Shown here piece by piece: positions 38,442 to 46,277 of a DNA stretch of 46,277 bases; positions within the stretch are counted from its first letter, which is position 1; each line of letters begins with the position of its first letter. The notes under the pieces are model-generated. The model had not been told where the DNA came from. It made no database searches and worked only from the letters and a program-made list of their open reading frames with translations. Both the position numbers and the translations under genes were made by a program. This DNA is from Deltaproteobacteria bacterium (lineage in GTDB: Bacteria > Myxococcota_A > UBA9160 > SZUA-336), in NCBI GenBank assembly GCA_004356455.1, contig SMWZ01000028.1:1-46277 (forward strand). Reading direction: 5' to 3'.

Positions 38442-39131
38442 TTGATTCCAATCCGAGACCTGAATCCGACTCAGCGCTTCCCCATTGTCAATTACACTCT
38501 CATCGCGCTCTGCAGCGCAGCCTTCTTCCTGGAGCTGCGCGCGGGAGCCGGCCTGGAAGATCTGTTTCAGCTGCACGGCCTGATCCCTTCACAGTTCTAC
38601 GCGCTCCTGGATCAAGGGGCCATCGGCGAGCCGGGTCTCTATGGCCCCTTTCTCAGCTCGATCTTTCTGCACGCGGGCGTGATGCACTTCCTGGGGAACA
38701 TGCTCTTCCTCTGGATCTTCGGTGACAACATCGAGGATCGGCTCGGCCACCTGAACTATGCGCTCTTCTATCTCGCGGGTGGCATCGCCGCAGGACTCGC
38801 GCATGTGGTGATGAATCCCACCTCGACGGTGCCGACCATCGGCGCCAGCGGAGCCATCTCCGCCGTCATGGGCGCTTACATGCTGCTCTACCCCAGGGCC
38901 AGGATCGTCTCCCTGGTGATCATCTTCTTCTTCATCCGGACCGTCACCTTGCCCGCCGTGATCTACCTGCTGCTCTGGTTCGGGCTTCAGGTCCTGTACG
39001 GAACCATCGCGGCCGCCGATCCGGACCAGGGCGGCGTCGCCTGGTGGGCGCACGCGGGCGGCTTCGCCTTCGGCGTAGGGACCGTGGTGTGGCTCGGGCT
39101 CTGGGCTCGCCTCGCCAAGCAGCGCGGTTGA
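38442..39131 (+). CDS. Rhomboid family intramembrane serine protease
   Basis: FLHAGVMHFLGNMLFLWIFGDNIED, GASGAI (catalytic Ser), WWAHAGGF (catalytic His). Confidence 0.96.
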   Translation: MIPIRDLNPTQRFPIVNYTLIALCSAAFFLELRAGAGLEDLFQLHGLIPSQFYALLDQGAIGEPGLYGPFLSSIFLHAGVMHFLGNMLFLWIFGDNIEDRLGHLNYALFYLAGGIAAGLAHVVMNPTSTVPTIGASGAISAVMGAYMLLYPRARIVSLVIIFFFIRTVTLPAVIYLLLWFGLQVLYGTIAAADPDQGGVAWWAHAGGFAFGVGTVVWLGLWARLAKQRG

Positions 39132-39138
39132 CTCCTAC

Positions 39139-39627
39139 ATGAATAGAGCCGCGCTGCTGCTGCTACTGCTGGGGTGCTCGCAGATGGCGGGCGACCTGCT
39201 CGGGTTGCCGCGCCTGCGCGGCCTGGCCGCGGCCACGGCCGCCTCCCCCGCTCCGCGGGTGTTCGCCTCGGCGCAAGGTCTGGAGACCGACTCAACCCGT
39301 TTCTTCCTCGAGTGGACGAACAGGCACGGGACGACCCACACGCTGCGCCTGAGCCCTGAGATCTACAGCCGTCTCGAAGGCCCGTACAACCGGCGCAACG
39401 TGTACGCTGCCGCCCTGGCCTACGGACCGGTGCTCGCGAGCGAGCCCGCAACGAAGCCGCTGTTCGAGGCGGTGTTCCGCTACGGGCTATGCGGGAACGC
39501 GCCGCTGCTGCGCGAGCTCGGGGTGGACCCCGCATCCGTGCGCGGACCTCGGCGCGTGCGGCTCGAGCCGCGCGCGGGAAGCGACACGGGCGACCTGCCG
39601 CTGCTGCTGGAGGTGAACTGTCCGTGA
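39139..39627 (+). CDS. Conserved hypothetical exported protein, partner of the HTTM protein
   Basis: Hydrophobic N-terminus; ASPAP.VF and GPYNRRNVYAAALAYGP; TGA overlaps the next GTG. Confidence 0.75.
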   Translation: MNRAALLLLLLGCSQMAGDLLGLPRLRGLAAATAASPAPRVFASAQGLETDSTRFFLEWTNRHGTTHTLRLSPEIYSRLEGPYNRRNVYAAALAYGPVLASEPATKPLFEAVFRYGLCGNAPLLRELGVDPASVRGPRRVRLEPRAGSDTGDLPLLLEVNCP

Positions 39628-40865
39628 GCAACGGTTGGACCGGCGGGCAGTACAGCGTCTACCGCGCAATCTTCGGCCTCTACCTCCTGCTGCACTTCGC
39701 GGCGCTGCTTCCATGGGGTACCGAGCTCTTCTCCAATCAGGGGCTGCTGCCCGAAGCTTCGCTGAGTCCGCTCACGCGCGCGTTTCCCAACCTGCTCGCT
39801 TGCTTCGACAGCCCGCCGGTCGTGACCGCATTGCTGACGCTAGCCATGGTGTCGAGTCTCTGCTTCTTGCTCGGCGCGTACGACCGCTGGGCGGCACTCA
39901 TCATCTGGTACGTGTGGGCCTGCCTCTATGGCCGCAACCCGCTGATCTCGGATCCATCGCTCCCATTCGTGGGCTGGCTGCTGCTGGCGCACGCACTGCT
40001 TCCGGTCCGCCCCTACGGGTCCTGGTCCCGACGGGGAGATCCCGATCCCGGTGTAGGCTGGAGGATGCCAGACGCGGTGTTCGCGGCCGCCTGGATCCTG
40101 ATGGCCCTGGCCTATAGCTACAGCGGCTACACCAAGCTCAGCAGCCCCTCCTGGCTGGACGGCAGCGCACTGGCGCGCATAGTCGAGAACCCGCTGGCGC
40201 GTCCCAGCGGGCTGCGCGAGCTCGTGCTGGCACTGCCCGACCCCCTGCTGCGGCTGGGCAGCTGGACCGCTCTCGGGCTCGAGCTCACGTTCGCCCCGCT
40301 CGCGCTCCTGCGTCGCATGCGACCCTGGCTGTGGAGCGCGCTGCTCGGGATGCACCTGGGACTCGCCACGCTCGTCGACTTCGCGGATCTGAGCCTGGGC
40401 ATGGGGGTCCTGTACCTGTTCACCTTCAACCCCGCCTGGGTGCGGCCCACGCGAGCGGAATCAACCGACCTCATGTTCTACGACGGCGCGTGCGCTCTGT
40501 GCCACGGTGTGGTGCGCTTCGTGCTGGCGGAGGACCGCAGCGGGCACAGCTTCCGCTTCGCCCCGCTCGACAGCGACGCGTTTCGTGCGCGCGTGCCCGC
40601 GTCTGCGCGCGCGTCCCTGGCCGACAGCGTCATCGTGGGAACTGCGGAGGGGGAGCTGCTGGAGCGCTCGGCTGCGGTCCTGTACATGCTGGGTCGCCTG
40701 GGAGGAGTTTGGCGGGTGCTGGCAGTGCTCGGCCGTCTGGTCCCCCCTCGCCTGCGGGACGCGCTCTACAACGCTGTCGCGGCCACGCGTTACCGCGTGT
40801 TTGGCACGAAGACGGAGGCCTGCCCCCTACTCCCACCCGCGCTCCGGCAGCGCTTCGATACTTGA
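39624..40865 (+). CDS. HTTM-like membrane protein fused to a DCC1-like thiol-disulfide oxidoreductase
   Basis: Multi-TM region with RNPLI, YSYSGYTKLSSPSWLDG, LELTFAPL, LLGMHLG; C-terminal FYDGACALCHG...FRFAPL...RDALYNAVAATRYRVFG...C. Start GTG 39624. Confidence 0.85.
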   Translation: MSNGWTGGQYSVYRAIFGLYLLLHFAALLPWGTELFSNQGLLPEASLSPLTRAFPNLLACFDSPPVVTALLTLAMVSSLCFLLGAYDRWAALIIWYVWACLYGRNPLISDPSLPFVGWLLLAHALLPVRPYGSWSRRGDPDPGVGWRMPDAVFAAAWILMALAYSYSGYTKLSSPSWLDGSALARIVENPLARPSGLRELVLALPDPLLRLGSWTALGLELTFAPLALLRRMRPWLWSALLGMHLGLATLVDFADLSLGMGVLYLFTFNPAWVRPTRAESTDLMFYDGACALCHGVVRFVLAEDRSGHSFRFAPLDSDAFRARVPASARASLADSVIVGTAEGELLERSAAVLYMLGRLGGVWRVLAVLGRLVPPRLRDALYNAVAATRYRVFGTKTEACPLLPPALRQRFDT

Positions 40866-41593
40866 CGCCGCCTGCGATTCCATTCGCCTTGCTGGACACC
40901 GTTTTTCTCGACGCGGGGAACACGCTGTTCTCGATGGACTTTGAGCTCATGAGCGAGCAGCTTGCCCTGCTGGGGCCTCACTGCGCACCCGACAGGCTGG
41001 CCCGAGCCGAGGCCGCGGCCCGACCGGCGGTCTCGGCCCGCATCGCGGCCGGCGGCTCCACCGAGTCGCGCGACACCTTTCGTTTCTACCTGCGAAAGCT
41101 GCTGGCGGGTGCGCTCGAGACCGACGAGGCGGAGCTCGACCGGCTGGCGCAAGGCTGGGCCGGCGCTCTGAGCCAGTCGTCGCTGCGTGTGCGTCTCTGG
41201 GTGCGAATCCTGCCCGGCGTGCCGGAGACGCTGGCCGCGCTGCGCAAGGCGGGTCTCCGGCTCGTCGTCGTGAGCAACTCGGATGGCACGATAGAGTCAA
41301 CGCTCACTCGCGCCAAGCTGCGGCCCCTGCTCGACGCAGTCGTGGACTCGGCCCAGGTGGGCTTCGAAAAGCCTCATCCCGCTATCTTCCGGCATGCACT
41401 CGAGCTCGTGCGCGCGCGTGCGGAGCACACGCTCCACGTCGGCGATCTCTACGCGGCCGATGTGGAGGGCGCACGTTCGGTCGGGATCCACGCGCTCTTG
41501 CTGGATCCCTTCGGCGATTGGCCGGACGTGGATTGCCCGACCCAACCCGACCTCCCGAGCGTCGGACGCCAGCTGCTGGCGGCGCGCAGCTAG
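40862..41593 (+). CDS. HAD-superfamily hydrolase
   Basis: FLDAGNTL, VVSNSD, FEKPHP.IF, HVGDLYAADVEGA; TTG 40862 overlaps the upstream TGA. Confidence 0.92.
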   Translation: MTPPAIPFALLDTVFLDAGNTLFSMDFELMSEQLALLGPHCAPDRLARAEAAARPAVSARIAAGGSTESRDTFRFYLRKLLAGALETDEAELDRLAQGWAGALSQSSLRVRLWVRILPGVPETLAALRKAGLRLVVVSNSDGTIESTLTRAKLRPLLDAVVDSAQVGFEKPHPAIFRHALELVRARAEHTLHVGDLYAADVEGARSVGIHALLLDPFGDWPDVDCPTQPDLPSVGRQLLAARS

Positions 41594-41628
41594 CCACCGG
41601 GTGAGATATCCGGGCTAGACGCGCTGAC

Positions 41629-42096
41629 TCAGGCCAGCGCCAGGCGCACGGCCTCCTCAGCCGAGCTCGCCTTGAGCACTGCCGGATCTACGTCCCAGGT
41701 TCCCAGGCCGACTACGCGCTTGCCTCGCTTGAGTGCGAAGGCGATCTCGGAGAGCGTTCCGTATGCGCCGCCCACCGCGATGAAGGCCTCCGCGGTGTTG
41801 GCCAGCACGGCGTTTCTGGCGTCACCCAGACCGGTGGCTACGGCCACGCTCACATAGGGGTTGGCCTCGGCGGGGAAGCTGCCCGGCAGCACACCGATCA
41901 CCAGCCCTCCGGCCTCGTGCGCCCCCCGCGATGCGGCCACCATCACCCCCTCGAGCCCGCCGGTGATCAGCACGCATCCGGCCTGAGCCAGCAGGCGTCC
42001 AACCTCGCACGCAATCGCATCCGTGGCGGCATCCGAACTGCCTGCACCGATGACCGCGAGGACGCGGGACCGCGTAGGGGAGGGATTCACGGCCAA
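41629..42096 (-). CDS. TIGR00725 family protein (LOG/DprA-like Rossmann fold)
   Basis: AVIGAG, LITGGLEGVM, GVLPG, TGLGDARN, AVGGAYGTLSEIAFAL. Confidence 0.9.
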   Translation of the reverse strand: MAVNPSPTRSRVLAVIGAGSSDAATDAIACEVGRLLAQAGCVLITGGLEGVMVAASRGAHEAGGLVIGVLPGSFPAEANPYVSVAVATGLGDARNAVLANTAEAFIAVGGAYGTLSEIAFALKRGKRVVGLGTWDVDPAVLKASSAEEAVRLALA

Positions 42097-42174
42097 GAGA
42101 AGTTACCTTGTCCGCGAACGGGGGGCGAGGCTCGGCCGCGCAGGCGGTGGAGCCTGAAGCGGGGGAGAGGAGCG

Positions 42175-42573
42175 ATGGTCCGGCGTCTAGCCATGGCGTA
42201 CTTCGCGGGCGCCGTCGGGGCCCTGATCGCTTCGTTCGCGCTGTGGCTGCTCGCAGGAGCCAAGGTGTCTGAGGAGGCCGTGGCGTTGGTTCCGGGCCTG
42301 AGCTGGAGCTGGCTCGAGCGACGCCTGCTCTGGGGCAGCTTCTTCGCCATGGGATACCCCCTGGTGCGTCGACGCGGCTTCACACCCGTACGCAGCGGCC
42401 TGGTTCTATCCCTGCTTCCGAGCAGCATTCAGCTCGTTCTGCTCTTGCCGTTAGACAATCAGGGATTCCTCGGACTCTCCCTGGGGGGACTGACACCGCT
42501 CCTGGTGCTGGGCACGAACGCGCTCTGGGGTTGGGCTCTGGCCCGAATCATGATCTCGGCGGGTCACTCCTGA
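42175..42573 (+). CDS. Hypothetical 4-TM membrane protein
   Basis: GAGGAG RBS before ATG 42175; four hydrophobic segments. Confidence 0.75.
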   Translation: MVRRLAMAYFAGAVGALIASFALWLLAGAKVSEEAVALVPGLSWSWLERRLLWGSFFAMGYPLVRRRGFTPVRSGLVLSLLPSSIQLVLLLPLDNQGFLGLSLGGLTPLLVLGTNALWGWALARIMISAGHS

Positions 42574-44090
42574 GCGTCGCGGACGCTAACCTCGCCGTCG
42601 TGGCCAGCGGACACCCCGCCGTGAGTGCAGCGGGGGCCGCGATCCTGCGCGCCGGCGGCAACGCATTCGACGCCAGCGTAGCAGCCGGCTTCGCCAGCAC
42701 GGTCGCGGAGCCGGCCCTCACCAGCCTCGGCGGGGGTGGCTTTCTGCTGGCTTACGAGGCTGCGAGTGGCAAGGCCACGGCCTTCGACTTCTTCGTCGAC
42801 ACGCCGGGCCGGGGACGCACGAGCGTCGCGCTCGAGCCGCACTTCATTCCGATCACCGTCCACTTCACCGAATCGGATCAGGTCTTCAACGCCGGGCGGG
42901 GCTCCGTCGCCGTGCCGGGCACCCTCAAGGGCCTGCTGCACGTACACGAGCGGCTGGGTCGTTTGCCGCTAGAGGATGTGCTCGAGCCCGCCGTTTCACT
43001 GGCTCGCGAGGGGATTCGGCTGAACCAGCATCAGGCGCATTTCCTCGAGATCCTGCACCCGATCATGTGCCTCACGCCGGACAGTCGGGGGCTTTACACT
43101 CGAGACGGCCGGCCCTTCGCAGTCGGAGATCGCTGGCGTAATCCAGAGCTCGCGCGCTTCCTCGAGACGCTGGCAGGCGACCGGGGCGCAAGCTTCTACG
43201 AGGGGGCGCTCGCGCAGCGGATCGATCGCGAGATGCGGGAGGACGGATTGCTCAGCGCCGAGGATCTCGCCGGCTATCGGGTGATCGAACGAACGCCGCT
43301 CGGGGTCGAGTATCGCGGGCACCGCGTGCTGACCAATCCCCCGCCCTCGTTCGGCGGCTCCCTGGTGACATTCTCGCTCAAGCTGCTCGAGACCCAGCCC
43401 CTGGCCGAGCTCGGATGGGGCTCGGAGGATCACCTGGCGCTGCTGGTCACACTTCAGATGGAGGTCGACCGCCTGCGGGAGACGGGCTGCCTCTCGCCCG
43501 CCGACCCCGTTCCGGAGGCTCCGGCCCAAAGCGTCCAGCGTCTGCGCCAGGCCGTTCGAGGTACAACCCATATCTGTGTAGCAGACGCGGAGGGGAACGT
43601 AGCCAGCATGACCAACTCGAATGGCGAGGGATCGGGCTTCGTGGCGCCGGAGAGCGGCATCATGCTCAACAACATGATGGGGGAGGACGACCTTCACCCC
43701 GAAGGTGTCCACGCGAGCCCAGCCGGGGAGCGGGTGGCGTCGATGATGTCGCCCTCGCTCGTCCTGCGCGATGCCCGACCCCGGCTGGCACTCGGAAGCG
43801 GCGGCAGCAAACGCATTCGCTGCGCGATTCTGCAGACGATCACCCAGGTCATCGATTTCGAGCGGGAGCTCGAAACCGCAGTGGCCGCCCCCCGGATTCA
43901 CTGGGACGGCAACACGCTACAGATCGAGCCTGGCTTCCCGCGCGAGACCGTTGACGGCCTGGCGCGGCGCTGGCCGATCAATCTATGGCAAGCGTGTGAC
44001 GTCTACTTCGGGGGCGTGCACGCGCTCGTGCCGGGCCAGTGCGGAGCCGCTGACTTCCGACGCGGCGGCGCGGTAGAGATCGTAGGCTAG
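42570..44090 (+). CDS. ggt: Gamma-glutamyltransferase family protein
   Basis: VASGHP, GGNAFDA, SLGGGG, VAVPG, catalytic GTTHI, LNNMMG, SMMSP, LGSGGS.RI, PRIH. Start uncertain (CTG 42570, TTG 42531 or GTG 42600). Confidence 0.93.
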   Translation: MSVADANLAVVASGHPAVSAAGAAILRAGGNAFDASVAAGFASTVAEPALTSLGGGGFLLAYEAASGKATAFDFFVDTPGRGRTSVALEPHFIPITVHFTESDQVFNAGRGSVAVPGTLKGLLHVHERLGRLPLEDVLEPAVSLAREGIRLNQHQAHFLEILHPIMCLTPDSRGLYTRDGRPFAVGDRWRNPELARFLETLAGDRGASFYEGALAQRIDREMREDGLLSAEDLAGYRVIERTPLGVEYRGHRVLTNPPPSFGGSLVTFSLKLLETQPLAELGWGSEDHLALLVTLQMEVDRLRETGCLSPADPVPEAPAQSVQRLRQAVRGTTHICVADAEGNVASMTNSNGEGSGFVAPESGIMLNNMMGEDDLHPEGVHASPAGERVASMMSPSLVLRDARPRLALGSGGSKRIRCAILQTITQVIDFERELETAVAAPRIHWDGNTLQIEPGFPRETVDGLARRWPINLWQACDVYFGGVHALVPGQCGAADFRRGGAVEIVG

Positions 44091-44094
44091 AGTC

Positions 44095-45915
44095 TCAGTT
44101 TTCTCGCCGGCGCGCGAGCTCCCGACCATAAGCGCGCATCATGTCCCGATAGTCCAGCATGCCGATGATGCACGGCGGGTTCCCGCCCACCCCCTCCTCC
44201 ATGACTGGAATCTGAGGACAACCCGAAGCGCGGAAGAGCTCGTGTGCTCGATAGAGGTCGTCGTCACGCTGCAGGCTGAAGGGAGGCGCGCAGATATCGC
44301 CGGCCACTACGAACCTGTCGAGCTGGTGCTCGTCCATCACCGGGCGTAGCTGTTCTGCGGTCAGCAATCCCACCAGGCGGCCGTTGGGATCCACGACCGG
44401 GACGGTGGCCTCCCGGCTCGTGAGGATCAGGCCGCGCAGCGCCTCAAAGCCCGTGGCGGGCGTCACCGTGGGCACATCGGACGTGGGCTGGAATACGTCG
44501 GCGACCTTCATCTCCTCGAGCACGTTGATCGTAAGGTCCGCGATGTGGGCGGGAGAATGGAAGCGATCCTGGACCTGGTTCTCGTAGATCGAGAAGCGTC
44601 GCATGAGCAGGATCGAGACCACCGAGACCAGCATCAGCGGCGGCAGCAGGGTGTAGCCCCCGGTCATCTCGGTCACCATCAGCATGGCCCCGATCGGCGC
44701 GCTGGCGACGCCCGCAAAGAAGCTGGCCATGCCCACCAGCACGTAAGCGCTGGGATGCGGGAAGAGCGCCGGCGCGATCAGCTCGCCGCCGTAGCCGATC
44801 ACCCCGCCCAGCATGCCCCCGATGAAGAGTGTGGGGCCAAAGACGCCTCCGCTGCCGCCAGAGCCGATCGTGAGCGAGGTGGCCACGATCTTGGCAAGCA
44901 CCACCCAGGCCATGGTCTGAATCAGGAGCTGCCCGTCCAGAGCCTGCTGAATGTAGCCCCAGCCCGCCCCGTAAGCCTGGGGGAATTGGAGACCGATCAG
45001 ACCCACGCCCAGCCCCCCCAGCATCGGGCGCAGCGGCCGCGGCAACGGCAGCTTGCGGAAGATCCGGTCGCGGGTGGCGTAGAAGAGACGGATGTAGCCC
45101 CAGCCAACCGGAACCGCGACCCCCGCGAGCAGCAGGTAGCCCGGCACCTCGAGCGGCGTCAGCAAGGGGAGCTGTGGGACCGCAAAGATCCGCTGGCCCC
45201 CCACCAGCAGGATAAAGAGCACGTAGGCCGTCACCGAGGAGATCACGCAGGGGATGAGCGCGTCGGACTCGAAGTCCTCCCGATACAGCACCTCGATGGC
45301 CGTGAGCGCACTGCCAAGCGGCGCGCGGAAGATGGCGCCCAGGCCTCCGGCAGCGCCGGCCAGCAGCAGGATCCGTCGGTCGCGCGCGCTCAGCCCCAGG
45401 CGCGTCGCCAGGAAGGAGCCGATGCCAGCCCCGATCTGCATGATGGGCCCCTCTTTGCCCGCGCTGCCGCCCCCCGCCAGCGTGAAAATGGTGGCGATGC
45501 CCTTCACCAGGGGCACGCGGGCGCGAATCACCCCGCGGCGCTGGTGGAAGGCTCGCAGCACCTCGTCTGTGCCGTGACCCTCGGCCTCGGGCGCGAAGCG
45601 GTAGACCACGAGCCCCGAGAGCAGCCCGCCCACGACCGGCAGCAGGAAGAAGAGCCAGCGCCGCGGCTCGCCCTCCCCCACGCCTTCCAGGTGGACGATG
45701 GCGTCTCCGGGGGGGCTCGGCTGTGGCAGCTGGGCCAACAGGCCGAAGGTCAGCTGGCCCGCCAGCTCCAGTGCGAACAAGAAGAGCACCGCCACCAGGC
45801 CGGAGGCCAGGCCCGTGATGATGCCATACACGATCCAGCGGGTGGGGCTGTCCTGCAGACGTGCCAGGAAGCCGATATTGCCAGTCTGCGGAGCGACCAC
45901 CACGACCCCACCCAA
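44095..45915 (-). CDS. ClC-family chloride channel/transporter with two CBS domains
   Basis: GHGTDE, GKEGP, GVFGP, SIYE signatures; C-terminal CBS pair. Confidence 0.94.
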   Translation of the reverse strand: MGGVVVVAPQTGNIGFLARLQDSPTRWIVYGIITGLASGLVAVLFLFALELAGQLTFGLLAQLPQPSPPGDAIVHLEGVGEGEPRRWLFFLLPVVGGLLSGLVVYRFAPEAEGHGTDEVLRAFHQRRGVIRARVPLVKGIATIFTLAGGGSAGKEGPIMQIGAGIGSFLATRLGLSARDRRILLLAGAAGGLGAIFRAPLGSALTAIEVLYREDFESDALIPCVISSVTAYVLFILLVGGQRIFAVPQLPLLTPLEVPGYLLLAGVAVPVGWGYIRLFYATRDRIFRKLPLPRPLRPMLGGLGVGLIGLQFPQAYGAGWGYIQQALDGQLLIQTMAWVVLAKIVATSLTIGSGGSGGVFGPTLFIGGMLGGVIGYGGELIAPALFPHPSAYVLVGMASFFAGVASAPIGAMLMVTEMTGGYTLLPPLMLVSVVSILLMRRFSIYENQVQDRFHSPAHIADLTINVLEEMKVADVFQPTSDVPTVTPATGFEALRGLILTSREATVPVVDPNGRLVGLLTAEQLRPVMDEHQLDRFVVAGDICAPPFSLQRDDDLYRAHELFRASGCPQIPVMEEGVGGNPPCIIGMLDYRDMMRAYGRELARRREN

Positions 45916-45936
45916 AAGGGTCGCGCAGTGTACGTA

Positions 45937-46148
45937 ACTAGCGGGTTATCGGCGAGCACTACTAGCGGGGTATCGGCGAGCGAAGCTCGCCTGCCCGCAC
46001 TACGCTCGGCTACGCCTCGCTGCGCGCCAGGGGCTTGCCTTACAGGCACCCGCGCTAAGCCTGAGCCCTTCGCTAGGGCGACCCGAGGCACCGACGAAGT
46101 CCGGTGCCGTGCGCGCAGGCGAGCCCTGCTCGCCGCTAACGCGCTAGT
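45937..46148. repeat. REP/MITE-like element with about 40-bp terminal inverted repeats, copy 2
   Basis: 45961-46000 is the reverse complement of 46109-46148 apart from a few substitutions; a partial tandem copy of the left end sits at 45937-45957; both ends carry CTAG. Confidence 0.8.
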
Positions 46149-46154
46149 AGGGCG

Positions 46155-46277
46155 CTAGTTGCGGGTGAGGAGGGCGTCGAGGCGGTCGAGGTCGTTGATG
46201 ACCTGCCAGGTGCCCGCGCCCGACTCCACGCGCGCCTGCCACCGGCCCAGACGATCCATGTACTTGCGTGGGTCCAC
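46155..46277 (-). CDS. 3' end of a hypothetical protein running off the window
   Basis: Open frame ...VDPRKYMDRLGRWQARVESGAGTWQVINDLDRLDALLTRN* with GC3-rich codons. Confidence 0.6.
   Translation of the reverse strand: MDPRKYMDRLGRWQARVESGAGTWQVINDLDRLDALLTRN

Noticed and set aside
45937-45981. CRISPR array
   Set aside because: Only two copies at a 24-nt period with no spacers and no cas genes; it is an end duplication of the repeat element.
44545-46158. Long antisense ORFs such as 44545-46158, 9003-10400, 29370-30410 and 26697-27815
   Set aside because: Shadow ORFs typical of high-GC DNA, opposite well-supported genes and lacking recognisable motifs.

Overview
GC-rich bacterial chromosome window, probably from a diderm Myxococcota/Deltaproteobacteria-like organism. 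This is inferred from the MlaEFD-PqiC lipid transporter, lipoproteins and the housekeeping genes. Bases 1-12400 hold an actinobacterial-style steroid-transforming supercluster. Its first part resembles the M. tuberculosis Rv0763c-Rv0770 locus: a CYP123-like P450, a 38-codon remnant of the deleted SDR, CYP51, a 3Fe-4S ferredoxin, an extra CYP125/124-clan P450, and a divergent beta-hydroxyacid dehydrogenase, TetR regulator and MBL hydrolase. Its second part is an igr-like side-chain degradation operon: class II aldolase, a single-chain ChsH1+ChsH2(N) fusion, a free DUF35 protein, Ltp2, FadA5 and a domain-reversed Rieske oxygenase-like gene broken by an amber codon. The rest is mostly housekeeping and envelope genes: rdgB, rph, amidase, DEDDh exonuclease, ACT-malic enzyme, VWA protein, type-2 ileS, mlaEFD, gatB, GT4, leuS, DHS-like, sseA, rhomboid, HTTM-DCC1 pair, ggt and ClC. 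It also contains a low-GC islet of small, partly decayed ORFs (about 36500-37860), a family of triloop-hairpin REP/MITE-like repeats (37882-38030 and 45937-46148), several pseudogenes and three candidate CTG start codons. No rRNA, tRNA, CRISPR array or intact transposase was recognised. All family assignments come from motif recognition and recalled reference sequences, not from database searches.
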